Source: Candidatus Micrarchaeota archaeon
Lineage (GTDB): Archaea > Micrarchaeota > Micrarchaeia > Micrarchaeales > CABMGC01
Length of the DNA stretch: 64,000 nucleotides
NCBI GenBank assembly: GCA_027319905.1
Contig: DAHVMJ010000001.1
Coordinates: 97,421-161,420, forward strand
Reading direction: 5' to 3'
Each line of letters starts with the position of its first letter. The stretch's first letter is position 1. A program made the position numbers and the translations under genes. Below, in pieces: positions 53,590-61,411 of this stretch. The notes below the pieces were generated by a model that was not told the DNA's origin, did no database searches, and worked only from the letters and a program-made list of their open reading frames with translations.

Positions 53590-54399
53590 ATGGAAGTCAA
53601 CGTTTATCAGACCGATGGGAAGGTAGAAAAGAAGATAGCCCTGCCAGAGGTATTCAACGCCGCGTTCAACGAGGACATAGTGAGGCGCGCGCTGCTGGCG
53701 GAGCAAAGCGCGCACTACCAACCGCAAGGCCATTATCTTCTTGCCGGAATGGACACATCAGCGTCATACACCGGCAGGTACGGAACCTACAGGACGCAGA
53801 GGCACACGGGGCTTTCGCCCAGGCCCAGACAGAGGCTTGCGAAGGGAGGCATGGGCCAGGTAAGGAAGATACCGTCGTCTGTCAAGGGAAGACGCGCGCA
53901 TCCTCACAAGGTTGAGAAGATAATAGTGGAGAAGATAAACAGGAAGGAATATGCAAAGGCGCTTGGCGTAGCCGTCGCGGCCACAGCGAACGCGCCGCTT
54001 ATAAAGAAGAACCACTCTTTCGACAGGGAGCCGTTCCCGATAGTCGTCTCAAACCAGATAGAAAAGATAGCGAAGACAAAAGAGCTGAACAGGGTGCTTG
54101 GCGCGCTTGGTCTCTCAAATGACATAGCGAGATCTCACTCGCCTCGGACCAATGACGGCGCGCGAAGGAGAAGCAGGAAGAGGTACTTCAGGAGCAGCGT
54201 GCTCATCATAGCAAAAGACGCGAAAACCGTGGAGAAAGCAGGCAGGAACATACCAGGCGTTGACGTGCTGGGCGTGGACAGACTAAGAATAGAGAAGCTG
54301 GCTCCGGGGGCAAAGCCCAGGCTTACGCTCTGGTCAGAGGCGGCGCTCCAAGACATCAAGAGCGGTATAGAGAAGTCAACGGCAAGTTACAAACAGTGA
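53590..54399 (+). CDS. rpl4: ribosomal protein L4
   Basis: Start at ATG 53590 (MEVNVYQ). The gene follows L3 directly. Confidence 0.95.
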   Translation: MEVNVYQTDGKVEKKIALPEVFNAAFNEDIVRRALLAEQSAHYQPQGHYLLAGMDTSASYTGRYGTYRTQRHTGLSPRPRQRLAKGGMGQVRKIPSSVKGRRAHPHKVEKIIVEKINRKEYAKALGVAVAATANAPLIKKNHSFDREPFPIVVSNQIEKIAKTKELNRVLGALGLSNDIARSHSPRTNDGARRRSRKRYFRSSVLIIAKDAKTVEKAGRNIPGVDVLGVDRLRIEKLAPGAKPRLTLWSEAALQDIKSGIEKSTASYKQ

Positions 54400-54403
54400 T
54401 AAG

Positions 54404-54655
54404 ATGAATGCGCTCATGTATCCAATAGCCACCGAGAAAGCGATCAACATGATAGAGAGGAATAACATTGTCACCTACATGGTGGATATGAGGTCCACGA
54501 AACCTCAGATAAAGAAGGAGTTCGAGGAGATGTTCAAGGTAAAGGTAGAAAGCGTGAACGTCGCGATAGAGCCGAGGAACAGGAAGAGGGCTTATATCAG
54601 GCTCAACGGCCAGTTCAAGGCGAGCGACATAGCGCTCAAGCTAAAGCTAGTGTGA
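54404..54655 (+). CDS. rpl23: ribosomal protein L23
   Basis: 83 aa. YPIATEKA......N..TYMVD.R..K.QIK.EFE.MF.VKV..VN. Confidence 0.95.
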   Translation: MNALMYPIATEKAINMIERNNIVTYMVDMRSTKPQIKKEFEEMFKVKVESVNVAIEPRNRKRAYIRLNGQFKASDIALKLKLV

Positions 54656-54664
54656 CGTGAGATA

Positions 54665-55384
54665 ATGGGAAAGAATCTACATCAGCAGAGAAGGGGAAGA
54701 GGCACAAACGCGTTCAGGAAGCCTCCCAATACCTTCAAGGCGGATGTTGTGCTCCCCAGCAGGAAGACCGATGCGAAGATGACTGGAGAGGTACTTGAGC
54801 TCATCGACGATCCTGGCCACCGCGCACCACTAATGCGCGTGGTCTACGAGGATAACAGCGAGACCATATTCATAGCACCCGAAGGCATACGTGTCGGATC
54901 AAGGATACAGGAGGGCAGGGGAGCAGAGGTCTCGCTAGGCAGCATACTCAAGCTCGACACGATACCAGACGGCACCCCGGTCTACAACATCGAGGTCTCT
55001 CCGGGAGACGGAGGCAAGCTTGCAAGGTCTGCCGGAGCATACGCGACAGTGGTTTCGCACGCCACTAATACGGTCAGCGTGCTAATGCCTTCTAAGAAGG
55101 TCGTGGACATCAGCTCGATGTGCAGGGCGCAGGTCGGCGCCGTCGCTGGCGGCGGTGCGGATGCACAGCCTATATTGCGCGCTGGCAAAAGTCATCACAT
55201 GCATCACGCGATCAACGCTTCCTGGCCCCGCAACCGTGGGGTGAAGTCAAACCCTGTAGACCACCCGTTCGGTGGCAAGCAGCACCACAAGGGCGCGTCT
55301 AGCATGGTGTCGCGCAACGCTCCGCCTGGGGCCAAGGTGGGCCACATCGCAGCGAGAAGGGTCGGCAGGAAGAAGAGGAGCTGA
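54665..55384 (+). CDS. rpl2: ribosomal protein L2
   Basis: 239 aa. GKNLHQQRRGRG, the SH3-like core, and HPFGGKQHHKG. Confidence 0.97.
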   Translation: MGKNLHQQRRGRGTNAFRKPPNTFKADVVLPSRKTDAKMTGEVLELIDDPGHRAPLMRVVYEDNSETIFIAPEGIRVGSRIQEGRGAEVSLGSILKLDTIPDGTPVYNIEVSPGDGGKLARSAGAYATVVSHATNTVSVLMPSKKVVDISSMCRAQVGAVAGGGADAQPILRAGKSHHMHHAINASWPRNRGVKSNPVDHPFGGKQHHKGASSMVSRNAPPGAKVGHIAARRVGRKKRS

Positions 55385-55386
55385 TA

Positions 55387-55773
55387 ATGCCCAGAACGTT
55401 TAGCTTTAGAGGAAAAAGCCTGGAAGAACTCCAGAGGATGAGCGTGGAGGATTACTCCAGGCTCGTAACCGCCCGACAGAGGCGTGCGATAAAGCGCATG
55501 AGCCTGGGCTATAAGCAGCTGCTGGAGAAGATAGAAAAATCCAGAAAGAACGGCAAGCTGGTAAAGACGCAGCTGCGCGAGGCGGTCATACTGCCGAGCT
55601 GGGTGGGGCTGAAGTTCGGAGTGCATAACGGCAAGGAGTTCAAGGAAATGACAATAACAGCGGAGATGCTCGGGCACAGGCTCGGCGAGTTCGCGTTCTC
55701 AACAAAGAGAGTGGTGCATTCCGCACCAGGAATCAGGGCAACGAGAGGAAGCAAGTTCCTTGCGGTGAAGTGA
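55387..55773 (+). CDS. rps19: ribosomal protein S19
   Basis: 128 aa. FGVHNGKEF....I...MLGHRLGEFA. Confidence 0.96.
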   Translation: MPRTFSFRGKSLEELQRMSVEDYSRLVTARQRRAIKRMSLGYKQLLEKIEKSRKNGKLVKTQLREAVILPSWVGLKFGVHNGKEFKEMTITAEMLGHRLGEFAFSTKRVVHSAPGIRATRGSKFLAVK

Positions 55774-56417
55774 TGAGGTACTCGATCAACATAGCAAAGG
55801 ACCAGATGGGCGTAGCATACGGCTACGACATCGACGCCAGCTACAAGGACCTCTGCGCCGTCTGCGATGCGATAAGATACCTCAACACCGGCAACGCGAT
55901 GGACGTGATAGAAGGCATAGTCACGCTGCGCAGACCCATACTCTTCAACAGGTTCAATAAGCACATGGGATCCAGGCACGAACTCGGAGGCAGAAAAGGA
56001 GCGTTTCCTATCAAGGCAGCGAAGATCGTAAGGCAGATATTGCTCAACGCAATCGCGAATTCAAAGAACAAGGGCCTTGATGATGGCGCGTTGTATGTAG
56101 TGCACGCTTCTGCGAACAAGACGAACATAGCCAGGAGGTTGCCATCCAAGGGATCGCTCTCTTGGGGAAGGGGCATGTACGGCATGTCGGCAAGGACGCA
56201 CAGCGACATAGAGTACGCGAAGGTGGAGATAGGTCTGGCGAATTCAGATGCAGGGTCGCTTACGGATAACATGAAACACATGATCAAGGCCAGGAATCCT
56301 GTCCGCGCGCAGAAGTCCAAACCGGTTCAGAAGCAGCAAAAGGCGTCTCCAAAGGCCGGAGCAAAACCTGCAGAGAAGCAGATTACGGCCAGAGCAGAAG
56401 CCGCAGGGAAAAAGTGA
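55770..56417 (+). CDS. rpl22: ribosomal protein L22 with a K/A/Q-rich C-terminal tail
   Basis: The L22 core is followed by about 50 aa (KARNPVRAQKSKPVQKQQKASPKAGAKPAEKQITARAEAAGKK). Confidence 0.93.
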   Translation: MMRYSINIAKDQMGVAYGYDIDASYKDLCAVCDAIRYLNTGNAMDVIEGIVTLRRPILFNRFNKHMGSRHELGGRKGAFPIKAAKIVRQILLNAIANSKNKGLDDGALYVVHASANKTNIARRLPSKGSLSWGRGMYGMSARTHSDIEYAKVEIGLANSDAGSLTDNMKHMIKARNPVRAQKSKPVQKQQKASPKAGAKPAEKQITARAEAAGKK

Positions 56418-56430
56418 TGAGAGAGATGGC

Positions 56431-57057
56431 ATGGTAGTTGAGAGGAAGTTCATTGAGGATGCGATGGTCAAGCACGAGATAACAAAGTATCTAGAGAAGA
56501 CGCTCAGCAGAGCAGGCTTCTCAAGGGTGGAGATACAGAAGACGCCTGTGATAACGAGGATAACCGCCTACGTGACCAACCCCGGAAGAGTGATAGGCCG
56601 CGGCGGCTCAACAATCGACGCTATAACCCTTGACATAAAGACCAAGTTCAAGATAGACAACCCGCAGATCAGTGTTGCGGAGGTAAAGAACGAGCTTCTT
56701 GAACCGAGGCTGGTGGCAAGGCACATCGCAAACGCCCTCGAAAGAGGTGCAAACGCGAGGAGCCTCTTGCACTCGGCGCTCAGAACGATCATGGAGAACG
56801 GCGCGCTTGGAGCAGAGATAATTGCTACCGGAAAACTAGCGGCGAAGGGTGCCAAGGCCAAGCAGATAAAGGTCAGGTTTGGCTACATACCAAAGGCGGG
56901 CAACTCTGTGAAGCTTGTAGACACAGCGCACGTCACCTCATATCCCAAATACGGCGCAATAGGCATACAGGTGATGATAGTCCAACCAGGCACGCAGTTC
57001 CCAGACAGGCAGATAAAGAAGATGGAACTGCCGAAGAGCCTGGAAGGAGCGAAGTAA
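56431..57057 (+). CDS. rps3: ribosomal protein S3
   Basis: KH domain with VIGRGGSTID. 208 aa. Confidence 0.96.
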   Translation: MVVERKFIEDAMVKHEITKYLEKTLSRAGFSRVEIQKTPVITRITAYVTNPGRVIGRGGSTIDAITLDIKTKFKIDNPQISVAEVKNELLEPRLVARHIANALERGANARSLLHSALRTIMENGALGAEIIATGKLAAKGAKAKQIKVRFGYIPKAGNSVKLVDTAHVTSYPKYGAIGIQVMIVQPGTQFPDRQIKKMELPKSLEGAK

Positions 57058-57089
57058 TAAATATAAGGAAATGCATAATAGGTATCAGA

Positions 57090-57287
57090 ATGCGCATAAA
57101 AGAACTAAGGGCGATGAGCGTAGACATGCTAAAGAACAGGCTTCAGCAACTGACCCTCGATTTGTCAATAGAGAAGAGAAAGATAGCAGCTACAGGTGTG
57201 CAGAGCAAGAAGGTAAAGATAAGGGAAATAAAGAGGACGAAGGCGCAGATTCTGACGCTGCTAAAGGAGAAGGGTGTTGTTAACTAA
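57090..57287 (+). CDS. rpl29: ribosomal protein L29
   Basis: 65 aa. MRIKELRAMSVDMLKNRL.QL. Confidence 0.93.
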   Translation: MRIKELRAMSVDMLKNRLQQLTLDLSIEKRKIAATGVQSKKVKIREIKRTKAQILTLLKEKGVVN

Positions 57288-57595
57288 TGCCTGAGATGTG
57301 CCCTAGGTGCGGTCTGCCCAAGGAAATCTGCGTCTGCGAGATACTAGACAGAGAAGCCACGAAGCGCATAAAGATCTACAAGGCCAAGGCCAAGTTCCGC
57401 AAGTTCGTCACTATAGTGGAAGGGCTTGCTGGGGAAGAGCTCGACAAGACGACGAAGGAACTCAAATCAAAGCTCGCATGTGGTGGCACGCATAAGAACG
57501 GCGTCATAGAGCTGCAGGGTGAACACATAGCAGAGGCGAAGAAGGAACTCGTCACTCTGGGCTTTCCGGAAAGCAGCATCGATGCGGCGAGCTGA
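57287..57595 (+). CDS. translation initiation factor aIF1 (SUI1)
   Basis: 102 aa. N-terminal CPRCG..KEICVC, then VTIVEGL......L..L...LKSKLACGGT....IELQG. Confidence 0.9.
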   Translation: MPEMCPRCGLPKEICVCEILDREATKRIKIYKAKAKFRKFVTIVEGLAGEELDKTTKELKSKLACGGTHKNGVIELQGEHIAEAKKELVTLGFPESSIDAAS

Positions 57596-57596
57596 T

Positions 57597-58544
57597 TCAC
57601 GGAGGCGTGTAGTCAGAAGTCCATTGGCTTGTGTATGTAACTCCACTCGGAACGCCATTATTGTTATTCCCACTGTAGTCGTTTGTGTTGCCGTTGAGAG
57701 GCCACCAACCCACGAGGTTCTGCAGTTTGAGAGGGGCGCCGCCTATGCCCTCGTCATAGAGGGCGTTCACCTCTGGGTCTGAGAGAGAGGTATTGTATAC
57801 TTGGAAATTAGCAACCATGCCATACCCGTAATTTGTCACTGTGCTGCCTTCTCCGCTTGCGCCTATCGCCATTATTGAATATGCAGATATGGCGCCTGTT
57901 GAAGCGGAACTTGTAGGTACACCATCGACATATAAAGAGAGGGTGCTACCATCGTAAGTAACAACCAGAAAATGCCATCCCACGGTAAGTGCTTTTCCAT
58001 TGTTAATATAAGTGTAAGTTCCACTGAAGTCGCGCTCTATGCTGATGCTACCAATCGGGTTGCCAAACTGGGAATTTCGATCTCCAGTCACAACTTCGAG
58101 TCCATATCCCTCTTGACCAGATCCTCCATTCAGTCTGTCTCCCCAGATGTTGGGTGTAGTCGCAGATGTGGAGTAAAACGGCAGATCATACCACACTGCA
58201 AAGCTGATAGGGTTGGTTCCCATTTCATATTTATTCAGCACCGTGCCTAAGTTTATATAATTAGTCGCTTGGGTTGGGAAATCGAGATTGAAAACCGTCA
58301 CGTACTGCGGCAACTCACCGCTGCACACACCCTCAAGGTTAACGTATGTGGCTGTGTTAGGCCCGTTAGGCCTCAGTACCTGACACGCGCCAGGCGGGGC
58401 TCTGGGCGCGAAGGTGCTCGCGTTGAAGACGCCGAGCTGAAAGAGCGCGCCTAGGACCACGGCTATGATGAGTATAGCCCAACCGTAGGTCATCAGGTAC
58501 TCCATCGCGCTCTGAGATTTCGCATGCGCGGCGTTTCTCCGCAT
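57597..58544 (-). CDS. archaeal type IV pilin-like protein (class III signal peptide) with a LamG/ConA-like lectin domain
   Basis: N-terminus RRNAAHAKSQSAMEYLMTYGWAILIIAVVLGA. LamG pattern WHFLVVTYDGSTLSLYVDG...FQVYNTSLSDPEVNALY. C-terminal LVGWWPLNGNTNDYSGNNNNG. Confidence 0.8.
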   Translation of the reverse strand: MRRNAAHAKSQSAMEYLMTYGWAILIIAVVLGALFQLGVFNASTFAPRAPPGACQVLRPNGPNTATYVNLEGVCSGELPQYVTVFNLDFPTQATNYINLGTVLNKYEMGTNPISFAVWYDLPFYSTSATTPNIWGDRLNGGSGQEGYGLEVVTGDRNSQFGNPIGSISIERDFSGTYTYINNGKALTVGWHFLVVTYDGSTLSLYVDGVPTSSASTGAISAYSIMAIGASGEGSTVTNYGYGMVANFQVYNTSLSDPEVNALYDEGIGGAPLKLQNLVGWWPLNGNTNDYSGNNNNGVPSGVTYTSQWTSDYTPP

Positions 58545-58610
58545 GCGTCCAGTACGCAGCTACGAAATAAAAGCTTTAAGGTAAGTATAGACACGAACTG
58601 CCGTGATCTA

Positions 58611-60023
58611 ATGCTACCGTTGCTTCCGATATTGGTGCTACTCCCGTTTCTATTCCTCATACCTGTGCTTGCCCTTCCGGAGCGGCACTCTTTCAGCATT
58701 TCTCTTGCAGCCGCGTTGATAGTGTTTGCAGCCGTGCTCGCCGCCGCTTATGTCGGCCTCTCTGGCGGCTTCGCATCGCTCTCGTTCCAACAGACGTACA
58801 TACAATCGCTTGGAATAGCCTTCAGCCTCGCGCTCACCAAGTACAGCAACATCTTCATGGTCATGTCCGCAATCGTGCTCCTCGCGTCCGCGCTTGCAGC
58901 CAAGAGCTTCATCAAGGAGTCGCAGCGCATCTACAACATCCTTTTCCTTCTAACAGCGGGCTCGGTGCTCGGCGTCTTTCTGGCAGGCAGCCTGTTCGTT
59001 TTCTACCTATTCTGGGAGATCAGCGAGATTTCTATGTTCTTCATAATCTACATCTTCGGCGGCTATGACAGAAGGTATGCCGCGATAAAGTTCCTTGTTT
59101 ACTCCATAGTCGCGAGCCTCTTACTGCTGCTCGGGATACTCGTCATCTACTCCGGCCTGCCAACTCAGACGTTCGACATCTCTTCTGTCATCTCGCAGGC
59201 GGCATCAATGCCGCAGAGCATCCAGCTCCTCGCCTTCCTGCTTCTCGGTGCCGCTTTCATGATAAAGCTTCCAGTTTTCCCATTCCACAGCTGGCTGCCG
59301 GATGCGCATACTGAAGCGCCCACCACAGGAAGCATGATACTCGCAGGCATCCTCCTGAAGTTTGGAGGTTATGGGCTGCTCCTCATGTTCCTCATGCTCC
59401 CTCTCGCTGCAAACTATTCACTGCCACTCGCGGTGCTTTTCGGATTTTCCGCCCTGTATAGCGCCATGGTCGCAATGAGGCAGGCGCATCTCAAACGTTT
59501 GATTGCCTACACAAGCATAGTCGACATGGGAATAGCGTCCCTGGGCATAGCCTCACTCACCTCAGCAGGAATAGCTGGAGGGCTCTATGCGATGCTGAGC
59601 CACGGTATAGTCATCTCTCTCCTCTTTCTCGTAGTCGGGGCTATAGACGAAGCGTACGGCACCATGCTGAGGGCAAAGATAAAGGGCGTCGTGAAAAACC
59701 TGCCCTCCCTAGCCTACGGTTTCTTGTTCGGATCATTTGCGCTGGTAGGCGTACCTCTGACAAGCGGATTCATCGGCGACCTGCTAGTGTTTATTGGAGC
59801 GTTCGGCGCGTACAGCGCCGGAGGCGTCGTGCCTCTGGCAGCAGTGCTGATCATTGGTGCGCTGCTCTTTCTTGTGCTGGAGCGCTCCTTCTTCAACTCC
59901 TCAAAAGCAGTAGAGCCGTACTCCAACCCCAACTCGTGGATAAAACTGAGCATGGCGTTCCTGTCGGTTACAACGGTGCTTCTTGGAATAGCGCCATTTC
60001 TGCTGCTCGCCCCGTTTGCGTAG
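58611..60023 (+). CDS. NuoM/Mrp-type proton-antiporter-like membrane subunit (orphan)
   Basis: 470 aa from ATG 58611. FPFHSWLPDAHTEAPTTGSMILAGILLKFGGYG is the signature of the complex I M/N/L family. Confidence 0.85.
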   Translation: MLPLLPILVLLPFLFLIPVLALPERHSFSISLAAALIVFAAVLAAAYVGLSGGFASLSFQQTYIQSLGIAFSLALTKYSNIFMVMSAIVLLASALAAKSFIKESQRIYNILFLLTAGSVLGVFLAGSLFVFYLFWEISEISMFFIIYIFGGYDRRYAAIKFLVYSIVASLLLLLGILVIYSGLPTQTFDISSVISQAASMPQSIQLLAFLLLGAAFMIKLPVFPFHSWLPDAHTEAPTTGSMILAGILLKFGGYGLLLMFLMLPLAANYSLPLAVLFGFSALYSAMVAMRQAHLKRLIAYTSIVDMGIASLGIASLTSAGIAGGLYAMLSHGIVISLLFLVVGAIDEAYGTMLRAKIKGVVKNLPSLAYGFLFGSFALVGVPLTSGFIGDLLVFIGAFGAYSAGGVVPLAAVLIIGALLFLVLERSFFNSSKAVEPYSNPNSWIKLSMAFLSVTTVLLGIAPFLLLAPFA

Positions 60024-60033
60024 GGGAAATTAG

Positions 60034-60513
60034 CTACAGCAGGCCCGCGTAGTAACCGGTGTGTATGACTTCCTCCAGCACGTTGATCAGGTAGCTGGCG
60101 TTCTTTGTTATGTCCTCTGTTGTTATCATACCGAGCAGCTTTCTGCTTTCGTCCACGACGCACAGCTTCTTTACCTTCTTCTCCGCCATGAACTTCGCCG
60201 CGCTCTCCAGCGTCATGTCCCTGCTCACCGCGATCAGCGGTTTGCTCATTATGTGCGTAGCTCTCACGAACCAGAGGTTCCTTTTGGTAGATACGAGCCT
60301 TCTCACGATGTCCCCCTCTGTTATTATTCCAGAAGGCATGCCAAGCCTGTCCGTTATCACAACCGCATCCACATTATGCTTCTTCATGAGTTTTGCGATC
60401 TCTTTTATGCTCGCCTTTTCCTTCGCAGTTACCACAGGATAACTCATTATGTCTCTGACCGTCAGGGACCTCGCCTCGGTCTCTGTCAGAGGTCTGTTGT
60501 ACTGTTCTTGCAT
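60034..60513 (-). CDS. CBS-domain pair protein
   Basis: 159 aa with two CBS repeats (VRDIMSYPVVT...GIITEGDI; THIMSKPLIAV...GMITTEDI). Confidence 0.85.
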   Translation of the reverse strand: MQEQYNRPLTETEARSLTVRDIMSYPVVTAKEKASIKEIAKLMKKHNVDAVVITDRLGMPSGIITEGDIVRRLVSTKRNLWFVRATHIMSKPLIAVSRDMTLESAAKFMAEKKVKKLCVVDESRKLLGMITTEDITKNASYLINVLEEVIHTGYYAGLL

Positions 60514-60658
60514 TTGCCCACCTGTATGTTAAGATAAAGTTGAAAGTTTTTAAAGCAGACTTTCTTGCTATTATACTTACATACAGAAGCAAGCCATGTA
60601 CAATAACTCTTATTTCTCTGACGTAATGCTTTGCCTACCAAGACCCAAAAAGGGTGAA

Positions 60659-60785
60659 CGCCTTGGCCGGGATTCGAACCCGGGTTTCTTGACCCAGCAG
60701 GTTTGTCCTTCTGGATTCACAAGCGTTCAGCCACGAACCGATCGTGTTGACAGGCTCGTATGCTAGACCACTACACTACCAAGGC
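60659..60785 (-). tRNA. tRNA-Asp (GUC) with two introns (37/38 and variable region)
   Basis: The reverse complement folds as GCCTTGG-TA-GTGT-AGTGGTCTA-GCAT-A-CGAGC-CTGTCA[22 nt]C-GCTTG-TGA[~32 nt]C-CCGGG-TTCGAAT-CCCGG-CCAAGGC-G. It is 127 nt against about 73 mature. Confidence 0.8.
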
Positions 60786-60981
60786 GCGTATATTATTCGA
60801 AGGCAAATACTTAAAGTGCTGCGGGTTTACTTCATCAACAAACTTCTTGAAGTCTTTAGATATAACAATCCTGTAAATCGGGTTTCTGGCGCCCGTTTTA
60901 TCAATAGTCAGATATTCTTTTCATAACGCCACCAATCACCAAGGCGCAGTAAAAAACGGGAATCGTCTATTAATTAACTTC

Positions 60982-61239
60982 TTATTTGTACTTCAGCTTG
61001 AGAGAAACCATTATCAATGCCAACAGAAGAGACAGCGAGTTTGCAATAATAAGAGGCATGGAGGACAGAAACAGGCCATACACGAGCCACAGGAAGTTGC
61101 CCGCGCCAACCATCCCAAGCCAACCCATGGAAATGTCGCGCGTCTCCTTCATCCTCACCGTCTTCGCGACCTCCGGAATCAAAGAAAGAGTCGTGAGCGC
61201 GCCCGCAGCGAAGCCGATTACGTCAATGTAACCTATCAC
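60982..61239 (-). CDS. SemiSWEET/PQ-loop small transporter
   Basis: 85 aa from GTG 61239 with three TM helices. It has LIPEVAKTVRMKETRDIS where the PQ-loop motif is expected. The longer ORF-track version would overlap tRNA-Tyr. Confidence 0.7.
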   Translation of the reverse strand: MIGYIDVIGFAAGALTTLSLIPEVAKTVRMKETRDISMGWLGMVGAGNFLWLVYGLFLSSMPLIIANSLSLLLALIMVSLKLKYK

Positions 61240-61254
61240 TCTTCCACTTGTGTG

Positions 61255-61353
61255 TCCCGCAGGCCGGATTTGAACCAGCAACTTCGCGCTTTCTTCTTTC
61301 GATAGAAGCAGCAAAAACTACAGGCGCGCGCTCTGCCGTTGAGCTACTGCGGG
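61255..61353 (-). tRNA. tRNA-Tyr (GUA) with a 27-nt canonical intron
   Basis: CCCGCAG/CTGCGGG acceptor. CGCGC-CTGTAG[27 nt]A-GCGCG anticodon arm. T arm GCTGG-TTCAAAT-CCGGC. Confidence 0.9.
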
Positions 61354-61374
61354 AAACGTAATTATAGCAATTAG

Positions 61375-61393
61375 CCTATATTAATAATATAGG
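61375..61393. promoter_or_regulatory. perfect 9-1-9 palindrome CCTATATTAATAATATAGG, candidate bidirectional TATA element
   Basis: The centre at 61384 lies 31 nt from the tRNA-Tyr 5' end (61353, minus strand) and 28 nt from ATG 61412 (plus strand). Confidence 0.4.
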
Positions 61394-61411
61394 TTGATGA
61401 GAGTTAAGATT

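Noticed and set aside
60744-60926. 60-aa plus-strand ORF
   Set aside because: Its 5' part is the reverse complement of tRNA-Asp. No coding signal is seen.
60938-60960. Partial copy of the tRNA-Asp 5' end (GCGCCTTGGT on the minus strand), considered as a split-tRNA half or att remnant
   Set aside because: Only a 10-mer is identical and the sequence diverges immediately. Hundreds to thousands of chance 10-mer repeats are expected in 64 kb. No complementary leader or second half was seen.
61240-61314. N-terminal 25 codons of the 110-aa ORF-track version of the SemiSWEET gene
   Set aside because: They would overlap the 3' half of tRNA-Tyr (61255-61353). An in-frame GTG at 61239 gives an 85-aa, three-TM protein of the expected SemiSWEET size.
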